Below are positions 23,142-23,694 of a stretch of DNA of 23,694 nt, one piece after another. The stretch spans positions 1-23,694 of the IMG/VR virus record IMGVR_UViG_3300005859_000281. The stretch is one strand, 5' to 3'. Position 1 is the first letter of the stretch; each line of letters opens with the position of its first letter. The notes under the pieces were generated by a model. It was not told the origin of the DNA. It searched no databases and saw nothing but the letters and a program-made list of their open reading frames with translations. The translations under genes and the position numbers were made by a program.

Positions 23142-23694
23142 ATGGTTTTAATGGTGAGAGTTAACAGAGTGAGAGTTAACAGAAAGACCATATTTCTAAT
23201 CCTGCTATACTTATTTTTCTTTATCTTACCGTTTTTCCTGTTAACAGCAAAAGCTAGTCTTATCCAACAAGAAGTACCTATCTCAGTTAATGTAAACGCA
23301 AACATTTCGCAAGGGCTAATTTACATTGCTCCACTCCCACAACAAACCCAAGTGTTCGGTCAAAATTACTACGTATCAAACTCCTTGGGTTATTATGAAT
23401 ATTCATATTTGTTCTCAGCAACACCACCACTGCTGGTATGGTACGAGCCAGCTCCTTCATCACAAACTTATTATTTCGTTTACGGGGGAAATACTCAAGC
23501 TAGTGCCGTAACGACGGGCGTGTTTAGTTTTTACACTCAGTTCTATTATCTCAACACATCTATCTTCAATGTATCAGGTGTTTCGTTACTGGGTGGGTCA
23601 TTGGTACTAAACGGGCAAAATAGCCTTGTAACGTTCACAACGACTGCGTTGCGTTATACATCTGCAGTTATGCTTTACACCTTTCAGTCTTCAG
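23142..23694 (+). CDS. 5' part of a secreted/virion-type glycoprotein (runs off the window; absent from the ORF track)
   Basis: Open frame MVLMVRVNRVRVNRKTIFLILLYLFFFILPFFLLTAKASLIQQEVPISVNV... to the window end; signal-peptide-like start; S/T/Y-rich; NIS, NTS, NVS sequons. Confidence 0.85.
   Translation, partial: MVLMVRVNRVRVNRKTIFLILLYLFFFILPFFLLTAKASLIQQEVPISVNVNANISQGLIYIAPLPQQTQVFGQNYYVSNSLGYYEYSYLFSATPPLLVWYEPAPSSQTYYFVYGGNTQASAVTTGVFSFYTQFYYLNTSIFNVSGVSLLGGSLVLNGQNSLVTFTTTALRYTSAVMLYTFQSS
23154..23183 (+). repeat. 15-bp perfect tandem duplication (VRVNR x2)
   Basis: GTGAGAGTTAACAGA twice. Confidence 0.9.

Larger units (their letters stand above)
1..23694. mobile_element. Segment of a Sulfolobales large spindle-shaped virus genome (bicaudavirus-like)
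   Basis: MoxR ATPase + acidic-linker VWA protein + second AAA ATPase cluster as in Acidianus two-tailed virus (p618/p892/p529); archaeal TATA boxes ~30 nt before starts; many orphan ORFs; no housekeeping operons. Confidence 0.8.

Noticed and set aside
23114-23511. ORFs 23114..23305 (-) and 23326..23511 (+)
   Set aside because: They overlap a longer, more protein-like open frame starting at 23139/23142.

Overview
This AT-rich, gene-dense window has archaeal (BRE/TATA, GGTG-type SD) signals and most resembles a segment of a large spindle-shaped Sulfolobales virus (bicaudavirus/ATV-STSV-SMV-like). It holds a MoxR AAA+ ATPase and VWA co-chaperone pair followed by a second AAA ATPase, two probable paralogues of a ~320-aa family, a C2H2 zinc-finger protein and many hypotheticals. 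Accessory genes include a bacterial-type (class II) CCA-adding/HD enzyme, a Pnkp-type HAD phosphatase, a KwaA-like membrane protein, a ParB/Srx-like protein and a glycosylation set (GT-C transferase, GDP-mannose 4,6-dehydratase, GtrA). Three non-coding patterns stand out. (1) About 7 IS200/IS605-end-like remnants bracket accessory genes, lie antisense to them, and in several cases supply the gene's stop codon and sit against the next TATA box. (2) A palindrome AAACA-NN-TGTTT (extended TCTCAAACAGCTGTTTGAGA) occurs about 20 times in promoters and CDSs. (3) A two-box promoter module is repeated four times. No rRNA, tRNA, CRISPR array, transposase or integrase was seen. All family calls come from motif recognition by eye, not database searches.
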